From NCBI GenBank assembly GCA_008369845.1, contig MRSU01001119.1, positions 1-39,883 on the forward strand: 39,883 nucleotides of DNA. The letters run 5' to 3'. Each line of letters opens with the position of its first letter. Positions within the stretch are counted from its first letter, which is position 1. This DNA is from Trichomonas gallinae. Its lineage: Eukaryota. Below, in pieces: positions 39,713 to 39,883 of the stretch. The notes under the pieces were generated by a model. That model was not told the DNA's origin and made no database searches. It saw only the letters and a list, made by a program, of their open reading frames with translations. The translations under genes and the position numbers were made by a program.

Positions 39713-39883
39713 TTAGTTGCGTTCGCCGCGAATGCGCTGAGCGAGCTGGACATCACGCTCCATGATTGTAACACGGTTAGCGTGGATGGCGCAAAGGTTT
39801 GTGTCCTCGAAGAGGCCGACGAGGTAAGCTTCAGAAGCTTCCTGGAGGGCAGCAATAGCGGAGGACTGGAAACGAAGATCACC
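39713..39883 (-). CDS. H3: Histone H3, 3' portion (gene extends beyond the window)
   Basis: Frame not in the ORF track: [56 protein letters not shown]; strong codon bias; stop TAA lies within TAAA. Confidence 0.97.
   Translation of the reverse strand, partial: GDLRFQSSAIAALQEASEAYLVGLFEDTNLCAIHANRVTIMERDVQLAQRIRGERN

Noticed and set aside
39667..39882. 71-aa ORF from the track
   Set aside because: Wrong frame; the overlapping frame encodes histone H3.
1..39883. Intact transposons (Maverick, mariner, Mutator), tRNA or rRNA genes
   Set aside because: No transposase, integrase or polymerase ORF, no long terminal inverted repeats and no recognisable RNA-gene motifs were seen by eye.

Overview
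AT-rich, gene-dense, nearly intron-free eukaryotic DNA, most consistent with a parabasalid (Trichomonas vaginalis or a close relative). Support: the histone H3 C-terminus, a trichomonad-type 25-nt intron, AAAGTGAC and Inr (TCAYT) motifs near ATGs, and DUF3447-type ankyrin genes. About 15 protein-coding genes: class I-like PI3K, PQ-loop protein, PP2A B''-like EF-hand protein, Rrp15, CARMIL-like LRR protein, compact NCoR/SMRT-like SANT protein, R2R3 Myb, ankyrin protein, CHD remodeler with FYRN/FYRC, TMEM62-like metallophosphoesterase, coiled-coil hypothetical, SAPS-like protein, GBF/Gea-type Sec7 ARF-GEF, Furry/Tao3/Mor2-like protein and a partial histone H3. The main finding is the ankyrin gene at 16607-18661 (-). 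It is interrupted between ankyrin repeats by four short U/A-rich inserts that lack trichomonad splice signals; removing them gives one stop-free ~627-aa protein, which may indicate an unrecognised class of intervening sequence. Other points the ORF track misses: a canonical 25-nt intron, decayed ankyrin relics in many intergenic spacers, a ~150-bp-period GGG-N13-15-CCC array and recurrent upstream motifs. All family assignments come from motif recognition by eye; no searches were run.
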